Of a DNA stretch of 64,000 nt, positions 10,259-19,207 are shown piece by piece. The notes beneath the pieces were generated by a model, which was given only the letters and a program-made list of their open reading frames with translations, was not told where the DNA came from and did not search any database. The DNA is taken from positions 160,001 through 224,000 of the forward strand of contig CAWHXD010000008.1 of the NCBI GenBank assembly GCA_963833225.1, written 5' to 3'. The stretch's first letter is position 1; every line of letters begins with the position of its first letter. The translations under genes and the position numbers were made by a program. This stretch comes from an uncultured Chloroflexia bacterium. GTDB lineage: Bacteria; Chloroflexota; Limnocylindria; Limnocylindrales; CSP1-4.

Positions 10259-11926
10259 CTAGACCTCGACCACGACGGGGAAGACCATCGGCCGGCGCTT
10301 GGTCTGCTCGTAGAGGAACCGGGAGACGCCGCCCTTGATCTGCTCCTTGAGCAGCGCGATCTCGGAGATCCGGTCGCCGGGGGTCTCCACCGCCTCGCGG
10401 ATCCGGCGGATCGCCTCCTCGATCAGCGGGTCGTCCTCGTTCCCGTGGACGAACCCGCGGGTGATGATCTCCGGCCGGCCGACCATCTTGTTGGTCTGCT
10501 TGTCGATCTGGACCACGACCATGAACATGCCGTCGTTGGCGAGCGCACGGCGGTCCCGCAGGACGACGTCCCCCACCTCGCCCACCGACAGGCCGTCCAC
10601 GTAGACATACCCCGCGGCGACGGGCTGGCCCCGGCGCGCGGACCCGTCCGCGAAGATCTCGATCGGCGTCCCGTTCTCGATGATGAACACGTTCTCGGGC
10701 TCCACGCCCGTCTCGATCGCCAGGCGCCCGTGCTGCACCTGCATCCGGAACTCGCCGTGCATGGGGATGAAGTACCGGGGCTTGGTGAGCCCCAGCATGA
10801 GCTTGAGCTCCTCCTGGCTGGCGTGGCCCGAGACGTGCGCGTGCTTGATCGTGTGGTAGTAGACGTTGGCACCCGCCTTGAACAGGTTGTCGATGGTCCG
10901 GGCCACGTATTCCTCGTTGCCCGGGATGGGGCTCGCGGACACGATGACCGTGTCGCCCTGCTGGATCTCCACGAACCGGTGGTCCCGGTTGGCCATCCGC
11001 GCGAGTCCCGACATCGGCTCACCCTGCGCCCCGGTCGTCGCGATCACGGTCCGATGGGCCGGGTGATCGCCGATCTTGTCCTTGGCCAGGAACTGCGACG
11101 GCTCGAAGTTGAGATAGCCGAGGTCCGACGCGATCCGGGTGTTCTGCTCCATCGACCGGCCGACCACGGCCACCTGCCGGTTGAACGTCTTGGCGGCGTC
11201 GAACACCTGCTGGATGCGGGCGATGTTGGATGCGAAGGTGGCGACGATGACCCGCCCCTCGAGGCCCTCCATGATCTCGCGGAAGGCCTCGCCCACCGTG
11301 CGCTCGGACGGCGTGTAGCCCGGGTTCTCGGCCCGCGTCGAGTCCGACAGGAGGCAGATCACGCCCTCCTGGCCCATGCGCGCGATGGTGGCGAACTCGG
11401 ACGGCTTGCCGTCAACGGGGGTGTGGTCGAACTTGAAGTCCCCCGTGGTGACCACGACCCCGACCGGGGTCCGCAGGGCAAGGCCCATGGCGTCGGGGAT
11501 CGAATGGCCGACCCGGAACGGGATGACGTCGAACGGGCCGATCGTGATCTCATCGCCCGGATCGAGCGCGAGGATCGGGTTGGCGTGGAGCTTGTGCTCC
11601 TTGACCTTGTTGCCCAGCAGGCCGCGGGCGAGGGTGCTCGCGTACACCGGCACGCCGGGGAACTCCGGGAGCACGTAGGGCAGGCCGCCGACGTGGTCCT
11701 CGTGGGCGTGGGTGATCAGGAACGCCCGGACCTTGGCGCGGTTCTCCTTGAGATAGGTCACGTCGGGGACGACGAGGTCGATGCCGAACATCTCCTCGTC
11801 GGGGAACATGAGCCCGCAGTCGATCACGACGATGTCGTCGCCGTACTCCACGACGTAGCAGTTCTTGCCGATCTCGCCCACACCTCCGAGCGGGATGATG
11901 CGGAGCGGGATGTTGGGGTCGGCCAT
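10259..11926 (-). CDS. rnj: Ribonuclease J
   Basis: 'PLGGVGEIGKN', 'THAHEDHVG', 'HVSGHAS', 'PMHGEFR'; 555 aa. Confidence 0.96.
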   Translation of the reverse strand: MADPNIPLRIIPLGGVGEIGKNCYVVEYGDDIVVIDCGLMFPDEEMFGIDLVVPDVTYLKENRAKVRAFLITHAHEDHVGGLPYVLPEFPGVPVYASTLARGLLGNKVKEHKLHANPILALDPGDEITIGPFDVIPFRVGHSIPDAMGLALRTPVGVVVTTGDFKFDHTPVDGKPSEFATIARMGQEGVICLLSDSTRAENPGYTPSERTVGEAFREIMEGLEGRVIVATFASNIARIQQVFDAAKTFNRQVAVVGRSMEQNTRIASDLGYLNFEPSQFLAKDKIGDHPAHRTVIATTGAQGEPMSGLARMANRDHRFVEIQQGDTVIVSASPIPGNEEYVARTIDNLFKAGANVYYHTIKHAHVSGHASQEELKLMLGLTKPRYFIPMHGEFRMQVQHGRLAIETGVEPENVFIIENGTPIEIFADGSARRGQPVAAGYVYVDGLSVGEVGDVVLRDRRALANDGMFMVVVQIDKQTNKMVGRPEIITRGFVHGNEDDPLIEEAIRRIREAVETPGDRISEIALLKEQIKGGVSRFLYEQTKRRPMVFPVVVEV

Positions 11927-11944
11927 GGGGTCTCTCGTTCCTGG

Positions 11945-12707
11945 CTAGAAGAGGGTGAGCTGGGACGCATCGTCGGCCGCGGGGTCGGCGGCGCTGGGCG
12001 ACGGGGTGGGGGCCGGCGGCGGGTCGGCGGGACCGGGGGTCGGCGGCGGGTCGTCGGGACCCGGGTCGGAGGATGGCGGGGCGGCTTCCCCGACCGCGGA
12101 GGCCGGGTCGGCACGACGTTCGCGGGCATCGAGCAGGACGGTCGGAACCCGGGCCATGTCCTCGAAGCTCTCGCGCTCGATGGCCGCGGTTCGCAGCGCC
12201 GCGGCGGGGTGGTACATCGCGAACACGAGGGCGTTCCGGGCGCCGGTGGCGGGGTCCACCGGGGCCGTCGTGCCGTGGACCTGCCCGATCCGGGCGCCGG
12301 GCATGAACGCGCCCATCGAGTACCGGCCCAGGGTCACGACCACGGCGGGATCGAGCACCTCCAGCTGCCGGCGGAGGAACCCGGCGCAGGCCGCGATCTC
12401 GTCCGGTTGCGGGTCCCGGTTGTCCGGCGGGCGGCACTTCACGACGTTGGTGATGAACACGTCCTCCCGGCGCCAGCCGACGTGCGCGCAGGAGACGAAC
12501 GAGCAGCGCGCCGGCACGGCCCACGAACGGGCGCCCCTCGCGGTCCTCGTTGAACCCCGGCCCCTCGCCGACGAACACGACCTCCGTGTCCGGATCGCCC
12601 TCGCCCGGGACAGCGCGGGTGCGCCCCTCGTGCAAGCGGCAGGCCGTGCAGTCCCGGACCTCGTTCGCGATCAGCTCGAGCGCCGCGCGGCGCTCGTCGC
12701 GGGTCAC
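11945..12707 (-). CDS. Uracil-DNA glycosylase family 4 (frameshift near 12495)
   Basis: 'CTACRL', 'VGEGPG..EDREGRPFVGRAG', 'NVVKCRPP.NRDP..DEIAAC', 'YHPAAALR'. C-terminal Pro-rich linker ending QLTLF. Confidence 0.9.
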
Positions 12708-13822
12708 GCGGGCCGTCCCCCGGACGCTGCCAGCACGCCCCGCTCGGATCCCTTCCGCACCCAGCCACGCTCGACGAGGACCTCGGCGATCTCCACGGCG
12801 TTGGAGGCCGCGCCCTTGCGCAGGTTGTCCGAGACCACCCAGAAGGCCAGGCCGCGGTTGCCGTCGATCGACGGGTCCTGGCGGACGCGGCCGACGAAGA
12901 CCTGGTCCGAGCCCGCCGACTCCGTCGCGAGCGGGTAGACGTTGTTGGCTGGATCGTCCTGGACCACCACGCCGGTGACGGCCGCGAACAGCTCCCGGGC
13001 CTCCTCGGGCGTGATCGGGTCCCGCGTCTCCACGTGGACCGCCTCCGAGTGGCCGATGAACACCGGCACCCGGACGGCCGTGCACGAGACGCGCAGGTCC
13101 GGCAGGTGCAGGATCTTGCGGCTCTCGGTCACGACCTTCCACTCCTCCTTCGTGTACCCGTTGTCGAGGAACACGTCGATGTGGGGAAGGGCGTTGAACC
13201 CGATGACGTGGGGATACACGTTGGCGACCTTCGGGCGGCCCTCCGCGTGGGCCTTGATCTGCTCGTCAAGCTCCACGATCGCCTTCTGGCCGGTCCCTGC
13301 CACCGCCTGGTAGGTGTCCACCACCATGCGCTCGATGCCCACGGCGTCGCGCAGCGCCATCAGCGGCGGCATCAGCTGCATCGTGGAGCAGTTGGGGTTG
13401 GCGATGATGCCCTCGTGCCAGGCGAGGTCGTCCGGGTTGACCTGGCTGACCACGAGCGGCACCGACGGGTCCATCCGCCAGGCGCTGGAGTTGTCGACCA
13501 CGACACAGCCGCGCTTCGCGGCCTCGGGGGCCAGCGCCTTCGAGGTCCCGCCACCGGCGCTGAAGATCGCGATGTCGATCCCCTCGAACGCGTCGGGGGT
13601 GGCCAGCTCCACGGTGATCGCGTCGCCGTTCACGGTCATCACCGTGCCGGCCGAGCGCTCGGAGGCCAGCAGGCGCAGCTCCGTGTACGGGAACCGCTTC
13701 TCGGCGAGAACGGCGACCATGGTCCGGCCGACGGCGCCGGTGGCGCCGACGACGGCGACGGTGAGCTTGTCTGGGAGGCTTCCGGGCACGGTCCGACCTG
13801 CTAGCGAGGAGTTGTCGGGCAC
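12704..13822 (-). CDS. asd: Aspartate-semialdehyde dehydrogenase
   Basis: 'VVGATGAVG', 'NPNCST', 'DNLRKGAA'. The likely GTG start at 13822 lies 7 nt after TGGTATACT. Confidence 0.95.
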   Translation of the reverse strand: MPDNSSLAGRTVPGSLPDKLTVAVVGATGAVGRTMVAVLAEKRFPYTELRLLASERSAGTVMTVNGDAITVELATPDAFEGIDIAIFSAGGGTSKALAPEAAKRGCVVVDNSSAWRMDPSVPLVVSQVNPDDLAWHEGIIANPNCSTMQLMPPLMALRDAVGIERMVVDTYQAVAGTGQKAIVELDEQIKAHAEGRPKVANVYPHVIGFNALPHIDVFLDNGYTKEEWKVVTESRKILHLPDLRVSCTAVRVPVFIGHSEAVHVETRDPITPEEARELFAAVTGVVVQDDPANNVYPLATESAGSDQVFVGRVRQDPSIDGNRGLAFWVVSDNLRKGAASNAVEIAEVLVERGWVRKGSERGVLAASGGRPA

Positions 13823-13829
13823 GGCGCGG

Positions 13830-13838
13830 AGTATACCA
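13830..13838 (-). promoter_or_regulatory. Extended -10 promoter of asd (probably leaderless)
   Basis: TGGTATACT on the minus strand, 7 nt upstream of the GTG, with no SD. Confidence 0.55.
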
Positions 13839-13961
13839 GCGGGCCTCCCCCGCCCTCCCACGGGCCGCAGCGACCGCGCACGGAAGACCCAAGGTGGGTC
13901 GGGGACGGAACCTGGAGCGGCGGCGCATCGCCGCCTCGACGCGGGCCCAACGGGGTGGGGA

Positions 13962-14393
13962 TCAGTCCCGCTCCATCCAGCGCTCGGGATGGATCAGCGG
14001 GCCAAACCCGTAACGCGCATAGAAGGACCCGGCGTCGTTGGTCGCGAGGACCATCCGCCGCAGGCCCTGCAGACGGGGGTCCGCGACGATCGCGGCCATC
14101 AGCCGGCTGCCGACGCCCGCCGAACGCCATGCCTCGTCGACGAACACGTCGCACACCCAGGCGAAGGTCGCCTCGTCGGTGACGACGCGCGCGAACCCGA
14201 CCTGGCGATCGCCGGCCAGGGCCGAGAAGCACAGGGAGCCGCGGAGCGAGGCCTCGACCCGCGCCCGGGACCGGCCCATCGCCCAGTAGGCGCGCTCGGA
14301 CAGGGCGGGATGCAGCCAGCCGAGGTCGACATCCGCGGGATCGATGCTGATCCGGAGGCCGTCCGACGGGACGACCTCCGCATCGCGGGTCAT
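13962..14393 (-). CDS. GNAT family N-acetyltransferase
   Basis: 'QVGFARVVTD..FAWVCDVFVDEAWRSAGVG', 'FYARYGF'. Confidence 0.9.
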   Translation of the reverse strand: MTRDAEVVPSDGLRISIDPADVDLGWLHPALSERAYWAMGRSRARVEASLRGSLCFSALAGDRQVGFARVVTDEATFAWVCDVFVDEAWRSAGVGSRLMAAIVADPRLQGLRRMVLATNDAGSFYARYGFGPLIHPERWMERD

Positions 14394-14397
14394 CCGG

Positions 14398-16983
14398 CTA
14401 CTTCGCCAGATGCCGCTGCATCGCCGCCTTGCGGGACAGGTTGACGCGGCCCTGGCGGTCGATCTCGGTGACCACCACCATGACCTCGTCGCCGACGGAC
14501 ACGACGTCCTCGACGGACGGCACGTGGTAGTCGGCGAGCTCGCCGATCCGGATCAGGCCTTCCTTGCCGGGCAGGATCTCCACGAAGCAGCCGAAGGTCA
14601 TCAGCCGGGTGACCTTGCCCAGGTACAGGGCGCCGATCTCGACCTCGCGGGTGAGGCTCTCGATCCAGGTGATCGCCTTGCGCGAGTTCTCGCCGGAGAC
14701 GGCCGCGATCTCCACGGTGCCGTCGTCCTCGACGTTGATCTCGGTCTCGGTCTCCTCCTGGATCTTGCGGATCATCGATCCACCCTTGCCGATGATCTCG
14801 CGGATCTTCTCGGGGTTGATCTTGATCGTGATGATCCGCGGGGCGAAGTCGGACATCTCCTCGCGAGCCGAGGGGAGGACCGCGGTCATCTTGTCAAGGA
14901 TGAACAGGCGGGCCGCCAGGGCCTGCTTGAGACCCTCACGGATGACCCGCTCGTCGATGCCCTTGACCTTGATGTCCATCTGGAGAGCCGTGATGCCCTC
15001 CGTGGTGCCGGTCACCTTGAAGTCCATGTCGCCGATCGAGTCCTCCTTGCCGAGGATGTCGGTCAGCACCACGAAGTTGCCGGTATCGGCGTCGAGCACG
15101 AGGCCCATCGCCGCGCCGGCCACCGGGGCCTTGATCGGCACGCCGGCATCCATGAGGGCGAGGGTCGAGCCGCAGGTCGAGGCCATGGACGTCGAGCCGT
15201 TGCCGGCGACCACCTCGGACACGAGGCGGATGACGTACGGGAACTCGTCGTGCGACGGGAGGACCGGCAGCAGCGCCCGGCCGGCCAGGTTGCCGTGGCC
15301 GATGTCGCGCCGGCTGGGGCCGCGCATGGGCTTGTTCTCGCCCGTGCTGTACGGCGGGAAGTTGTAGTGGTGGAGGTACCGCTTCTCGGTCTCGGGGCTG
15401 ATGGTGTCGATCCGCTGGACGTCCGAGGACGCCCCCAGGGTGGCGACGGTCAGCGCCTGCGTCTGGCCACGGGTGAACAGGCCCGAGCCGTGGGCGCGCG
15501 GCAGCAGGCCGACCTCGACCGAGATCGGGCGGATCTCGTCGGTGGCACGGCCGTCCATCCGGAGCCCCTCGGCGAGGACGAGCCCGCGGACGGTCTTCTT
15601 GTTGACGAGGTTGAACAGGCTCTTGCTCACGCGCGCGCTGCGACGCGCCGCCTCCAGCATGGCAGCCGCCTTCGCGGCATCCCCGCGGGTGGCCCGGACG
15701 GCATCCGCGATGCCGGCCTTGAGCGTCTCGAGGCGGCCCGGCAGCTCGTTGCCGAACCAGATCAGCAGGTTCGCGGTCGCCTCCGCGTCCGGAAGGGCGC
15801 GGTGGTTCTCGGACAGCTCGACCCCGAAGAACTTGGCCAGGGTGCCCAGCTTGTAGTTCTCGAGATCCGGGTAGCCCTCGCGGGCGATCACCAGCGTGTC
15901 CAGGTAGCGGCCCTGCTCCACGCGGGTGCCGTCGCCGAGAGCCTCCTCGATGAACCCGATGTCAAACCCGACGGAGTGGCCGACGAACGGCGCATCGCCC
16001 ACGAAGTCGAGCGCCTTGCGGGCGGCCTCGGCCGGGGTCGGGGCGCCCTTCACGTCCTTGTCCGTGATGCCGTGCATCTGGTTGCCCACGATCGGCCGGC
16101 CCGGGTTGACGAGGGTGGACCAGCGGTCGGTGATCTTGCCGCCCTTGACCCGCACCGCGGCGACCTCGACCAGGTCCGCCATCTTGGGGTCCGTGCCCGT
16201 GGTCTCGACGTCCACCACGACGAACTCGCCGCCCGCCTTCGCCAGGTCGGCGAAGTTGAGCACGGAGCTGGTCGCCGGCTCGATGTAGGGCAGGCGCTTG
16301 GGCTTGCCGACGAGCTCCCGGAGCTTCTCCTGGATGTCGATCAGCGGCTGCAGGGCCCGGTGGCCGAACAGGATGGCCTCGGCCATCACGTCCTCGGGCA
16401 GGATCTTGACGCCCGCCTCGACCATCATGATCGCGTCGCGCGTGCCGGAGACGATCAGGTCGAGCGCCGAGTCGGCCAGCTGCGGGTAGGTGGGGTTGAG
16501 GACGAACTCGCCGTCGATGTAGCCGACGCGGACCGCGCCGACCGGACCCTGGAACGGGATCTCGCTGATCGTGAGCGCCGCGGACGCGGCGATCGTGCCC
16601 AGGATGTCCGGGTCGTTCTCGTGGTCCGTCGAGAGGACGGTGATCACGAGCTGGATATCGTCCTTGTAGCCCTCGGGGAACAGGGGGCGGATGGGGCGGT
16701 CCGTGAGGCGCGCCGCGAGCGTCGCTGCCTCGGACGCGCGGCCCTCGCGCTTGATGAAGCCGCCGGGGATCTTGCCCGCGGCGTACATGCGCTCCTCGAA
16801 GTCGACCGTCAGCGGGAAGAAGTCGAGGCCGGGGCGCGGCTCGGACCGGTTCGCGGTCCCGAGGACCATGGAGTCGCCGTAGCGCAGGGTGACGGCGCCG
16901 CCGGCGAGCCCGGCAAGCTTGCCGGTTTCCAGCGTGAGCGTGCGATCGCCGAACTCGATCTCGAGCGTGGTGGGAGTGGGCAC
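14398..16983 (-). CDS. pnp: Polynucleotide phosphorylase with an internal DEDDh (DnaQ-like) exonuclease domain
   Basis: RNase PH1 ('FFPLTVDFEE','GKIPGGFIKREG'), PH2 ('RRDIGHG','NGSTSMAS','DILGKEDSIGDMDFKVTGT'), KH ('IIGKGG') and S1 domains. Insert at about aa 253-408 with 'VVDVETTG','HSVGFD','HRALPDA'. Follows rpsO, with an AAGGAGGT RBS. Confidence 0.96.
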   Translation of the reverse strand: MPTPTTLEIEFGDRTLTLETGKLAGLAGGAVTLRYGDSMVLGTANRSEPRPGLDFFPLTVDFEERMYAAGKIPGGFIKREGRASEAATLAARLTDRPIRPLFPEGYKDDIQLVITVLSTDHENDPDILGTIAASAALTISEIPFQGPVGAVRVGYIDGEFVLNPTYPQLADSALDLIVSGTRDAIMMVEAGVKILPEDVMAEAILFGHRALQPLIDIQEKLRELVGKPKRLPYIEPATSSVLNFADLAKAGGEFVVVDVETTGTDPKMADLVEVAAVRVKGGKITDRWSTLVNPGRPIVGNQMHGITDKDVKGAPTPAEAARKALDFVGDAPFVGHSVGFDIGFIEEALGDGTRVEQGRYLDTLVIAREGYPDLENYKLGTLAKFFGVELSENHRALPDAEATANLLIWFGNELPGRLETLKAGIADAVRATRGDAAKAAAMLEAARRSARVSKSLFNLVNKKTVRGLVLAEGLRMDGRATDEIRPISVEVGLLPRAHGSGLFTRGQTQALTVATLGASSDVQRIDTISPETEKRYLHHYNFPPYSTGENKPMRGPSRRDIGHGNLAGRALLPVLPSHDEFPYVIRLVSEVVAGNGSTSMASTCGSTLALMDAGVPIKAPVAGAAMGLVLDADTGNFVVLTDILGKEDSIGDMDFKVTGTTEGITALQMDIKVKGIDERVIREGLKQALAARLFILDKMTAVLPSAREEMSDFAPRIITIKINPEKIREIIGKGGSMIRKIQEETETEINVEDDGTVEIAAVSGENSRKAITWIESLTREVEIGALYLGKVTRLMTFGCFVEILPGKEGLIRIGELADYHVPSVEDVVSVGDEVMVVVTEIDRQGRVNLSRKAAMQRHLAK

Positions 16984-17072
16984 AGGTGAACGACCTCCTT
17001 GGTCGAGCGTGTGAGGATGCCTTGCGGCGGGTGGGGCCGGGTTGTCGCGAGGGACCGGGCGCCGGATGCGTA

Positions 17073-17099
17073 CGACCCCGGGACAACGGCCCGGGGTCG
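17073..17099. terminator. Hairpin in the rpsO-pnp intergenic region (terminator or processing stem)
   Basis: cgaccccggg-acaacgg-cccggggtcg, perfect 10-bp stem; no U-tract. Confidence 0.5.
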
Positions 17100-17113
17100 G
17101 GATGCGGCTGGTC

Positions 17114-17383
17114 CTAGCGGCGAAGTCCGAGCGAGCCGATCACGGCTCGATAGCGAGCGGGGTCCTTCTTCACCAGGTAGGCGAGAAGGCGCCGGCGCTG
17201 TCCCACGAGCTTGAGGAGGCCGCGGCGCGAATGGTTGTCCTTCGGGAAGCGGCGGAGGTGCTCCGTCAGGTCCCGGATCCGCTCCGTCAGGAGCGCGATC
17301 TGGACCTCGGGCGAACCCGTGTCGCCGTCCTTGACGGCGTACTCGGTGATGACCTCTTGCTTCTTCTCCCGCGCGAGCGGCAC
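17114..17383 (-). CDS. rpsO: 30S ribosomal protein S15
   Basis: '[13 protein letters not shown]', '[23 protein letters not shown]'. GTG 17383 with a GGAGGA RBS gives 89 aa. Confidence 0.97.
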   Translation of the reverse strand: MPLAREKKQEVITEYAVKDGDTGSPEVQIALLTERIRDLTEHLRRFPKDNHSRRGLLKLVGQRRRLLAYLVKKDPARYRAVIGSLGLRR

Positions 17384-17439
17384 TCGATCCTCCGACACGA
17401 ACGATGGCGTGACTACACAACTTGTTCTTCGACCCGCGG

Positions 17440-17448
17440 AGGATAGCA
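17440..17448 (-). promoter_or_regulatory. Extended -10 promoter upstream of rpsO
   Basis: TGCTATCCT on the minus strand. The same 13-mer (gcggaggatagca on +) precedes rplS. Confidence 0.5.
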
Positions 17449-17500
17449 GGCGCTTCCATGTTCCGCCACCAGCCCGGGGGCACGTCGCGGGTGGCCGGCC

Positions 17501-19207
17501 TCAACCGCTGCCGAGCGCCGGCGGCGTCCACGGCGATGTCCCCGCCGCTCCCCGTCGCACCACGACCCACGCGTCGCCGTCAACCGTCAGTCCACGCGCC
17601 CACCTCGCCGTCCGGCCAGGTGACCCGGACGTCGGCTCGTTGCGACGGCCCCAGCCCCACATGCAGCGGCCCGAGACGCCCACCGATGTGCCCGCCGCCC
17701 ACGACGATCTCGTGGCTCACCACCGACTCCCCCACCCGGACATCGACCACGGCCCCGATCGCGTCCCGATTGGGACCTGCCTGCTCCAGGCGGATCCCAA
17801 GCCAGTGGCCCATCGCGACCGGACCGGTCCCGTCACCCGGCGCCCACGTTGCGCCACACGCGCACGGGTGCGCCCAGGTACACCTCCACGAGGTCCGGCA
17901 GGCCATCGAGGTTGAGATCGGCCAGGCTGGCGCCGCGGCCGCGGTCAAAGCCGGTGATCCCGGCGGCCTCGGCCGCCTCGACGAACGTCCCGTCGGGCTG
18001 GCCCAGGAACAGGTCGCTGGGGTCCCGGCTCGCATACCCGGGATCCGCGCTCACGTTGCCCTTGGTGACGAGGAGGTCGAGGAACCCGTCGTTGTTGACG
18101 TCGTCGAACTCCGGGTGCCACGCGGTCGAGGGCAGGACGTCGCCGCCGCTGCTCGGGGTGGCCGCGTTGACCCCGCGCTTGAGGGCGATGTCCCGGTACA
18201 TGGGCTGTGCCGGGCCGGACAACAGCGTCTGCAGCTTGTTGTCACCCTGGCTGGTCAGGTACACCTCGGGCATCCCGTCGCCGGTGAGATCCTGGCTGGC
18301 GATCCCCATGCCCCAGATCTGCATGCTGACCCAGCCGTCGTCGGCCGTGTACGGGCGCGGTGCCGCGCCGGGCTCGATCCGCCACAGCTGGTCCGAGCCA
18401 TCGCTGTAGTAGTGGCGGTCGTTGGTGACCCGCAGGTCGCGGCGGCCGGACCCGTCCCAGTCGCTGAACAGCATCGACAGGGTGCAGTACCCGGGCGTCA
18501 GGGCGATGGGCGCCCCGTAGCCCGTTGCCGACGCGGGCCGGTAGAGGGCGTTGTCCTCGCAGTGCCAGGTGGGCTGGAGGGCACCATCGACCGTCACGTA
18601 GTGGCCGACGCCAGCGTCGGCAGGGCAGCGTCGCCCTCCCACGTGGCCGAGAACGCCGTCGTCCAGGCGTCCTGGCCGGCGAAGCCCCAGGCTTCGTTCG
18701 CGCGCTCGAAGCCGCAGCCACCGGTGCCACGCAGCAGGACCGGCTCGCCGACCCGGAGCACCGCGAGGTCGATGATCCCGTCGCCGTCGATGTCGAGCGG
18801 GTAGGCGCCGGTGACGCCGGCGAGATCGGTGGCCTCGCCGGGCACGCGCGTGAACCGCAGCGCCCCACCCACCTGGCTGTCGTTGCGGAACAGCGCGGCG
18901 GGATGCTCGCCCCCAGCGAGGTACAGGTCGGGCCTTGCCGTCGGCGTCGCAGTCGAGGGCGGCCACCCCGCCACCGGTGGAGAAGGTCGGCCCGCCGTCA
19001 TAGGTGTGCTCGATGCCGGCGTCGCCGGTTTCCTCGACGAAGCGCGGCGGACCGAGGGCCGTCACCGGCGTCGTGGCGCCGCCCAGCGTGCCGGTCGCCA
19101 CCAGGCCCGTCGCGGCGACCCCGACCACGACCAGGATCGCCAGGACCGCGACCCACGCTGCCCGGCCGGCGGCCACCGGCCGCCGGTGCCGCGGGCCTGT
19201 CGCTCAC
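17501..19207 (-). CDS. CRTAC1 family protein (FG-GAP repeats plus ASPIC/UnbV domain) with N-terminal TM; several frameshifts
   Basis: Repeated DxDGDG motifs ('DIDGDGIID','DWDGSG','DLTGDGMPE','DVNNDGFLD','DLNLDGLPD') and 'GMGIA'. ASPIC motif 'NRDAIGAVV...LHVGLG...VTWPDG'. Spread over ORFs 17833..19176, 18594..19001, 17580..18035 and 17501..17683. Confidence 0.85.

Noticed and set aside
15760-16227. PNPase insert as an intein or mobile intron
   Set aside because: No N-terminal Cys/Ser block, no C-terminal His-Asn followed by Cys/Ser/Thr, and no LAGLIDADG/HNH motifs. The motifs present are DEDDh.
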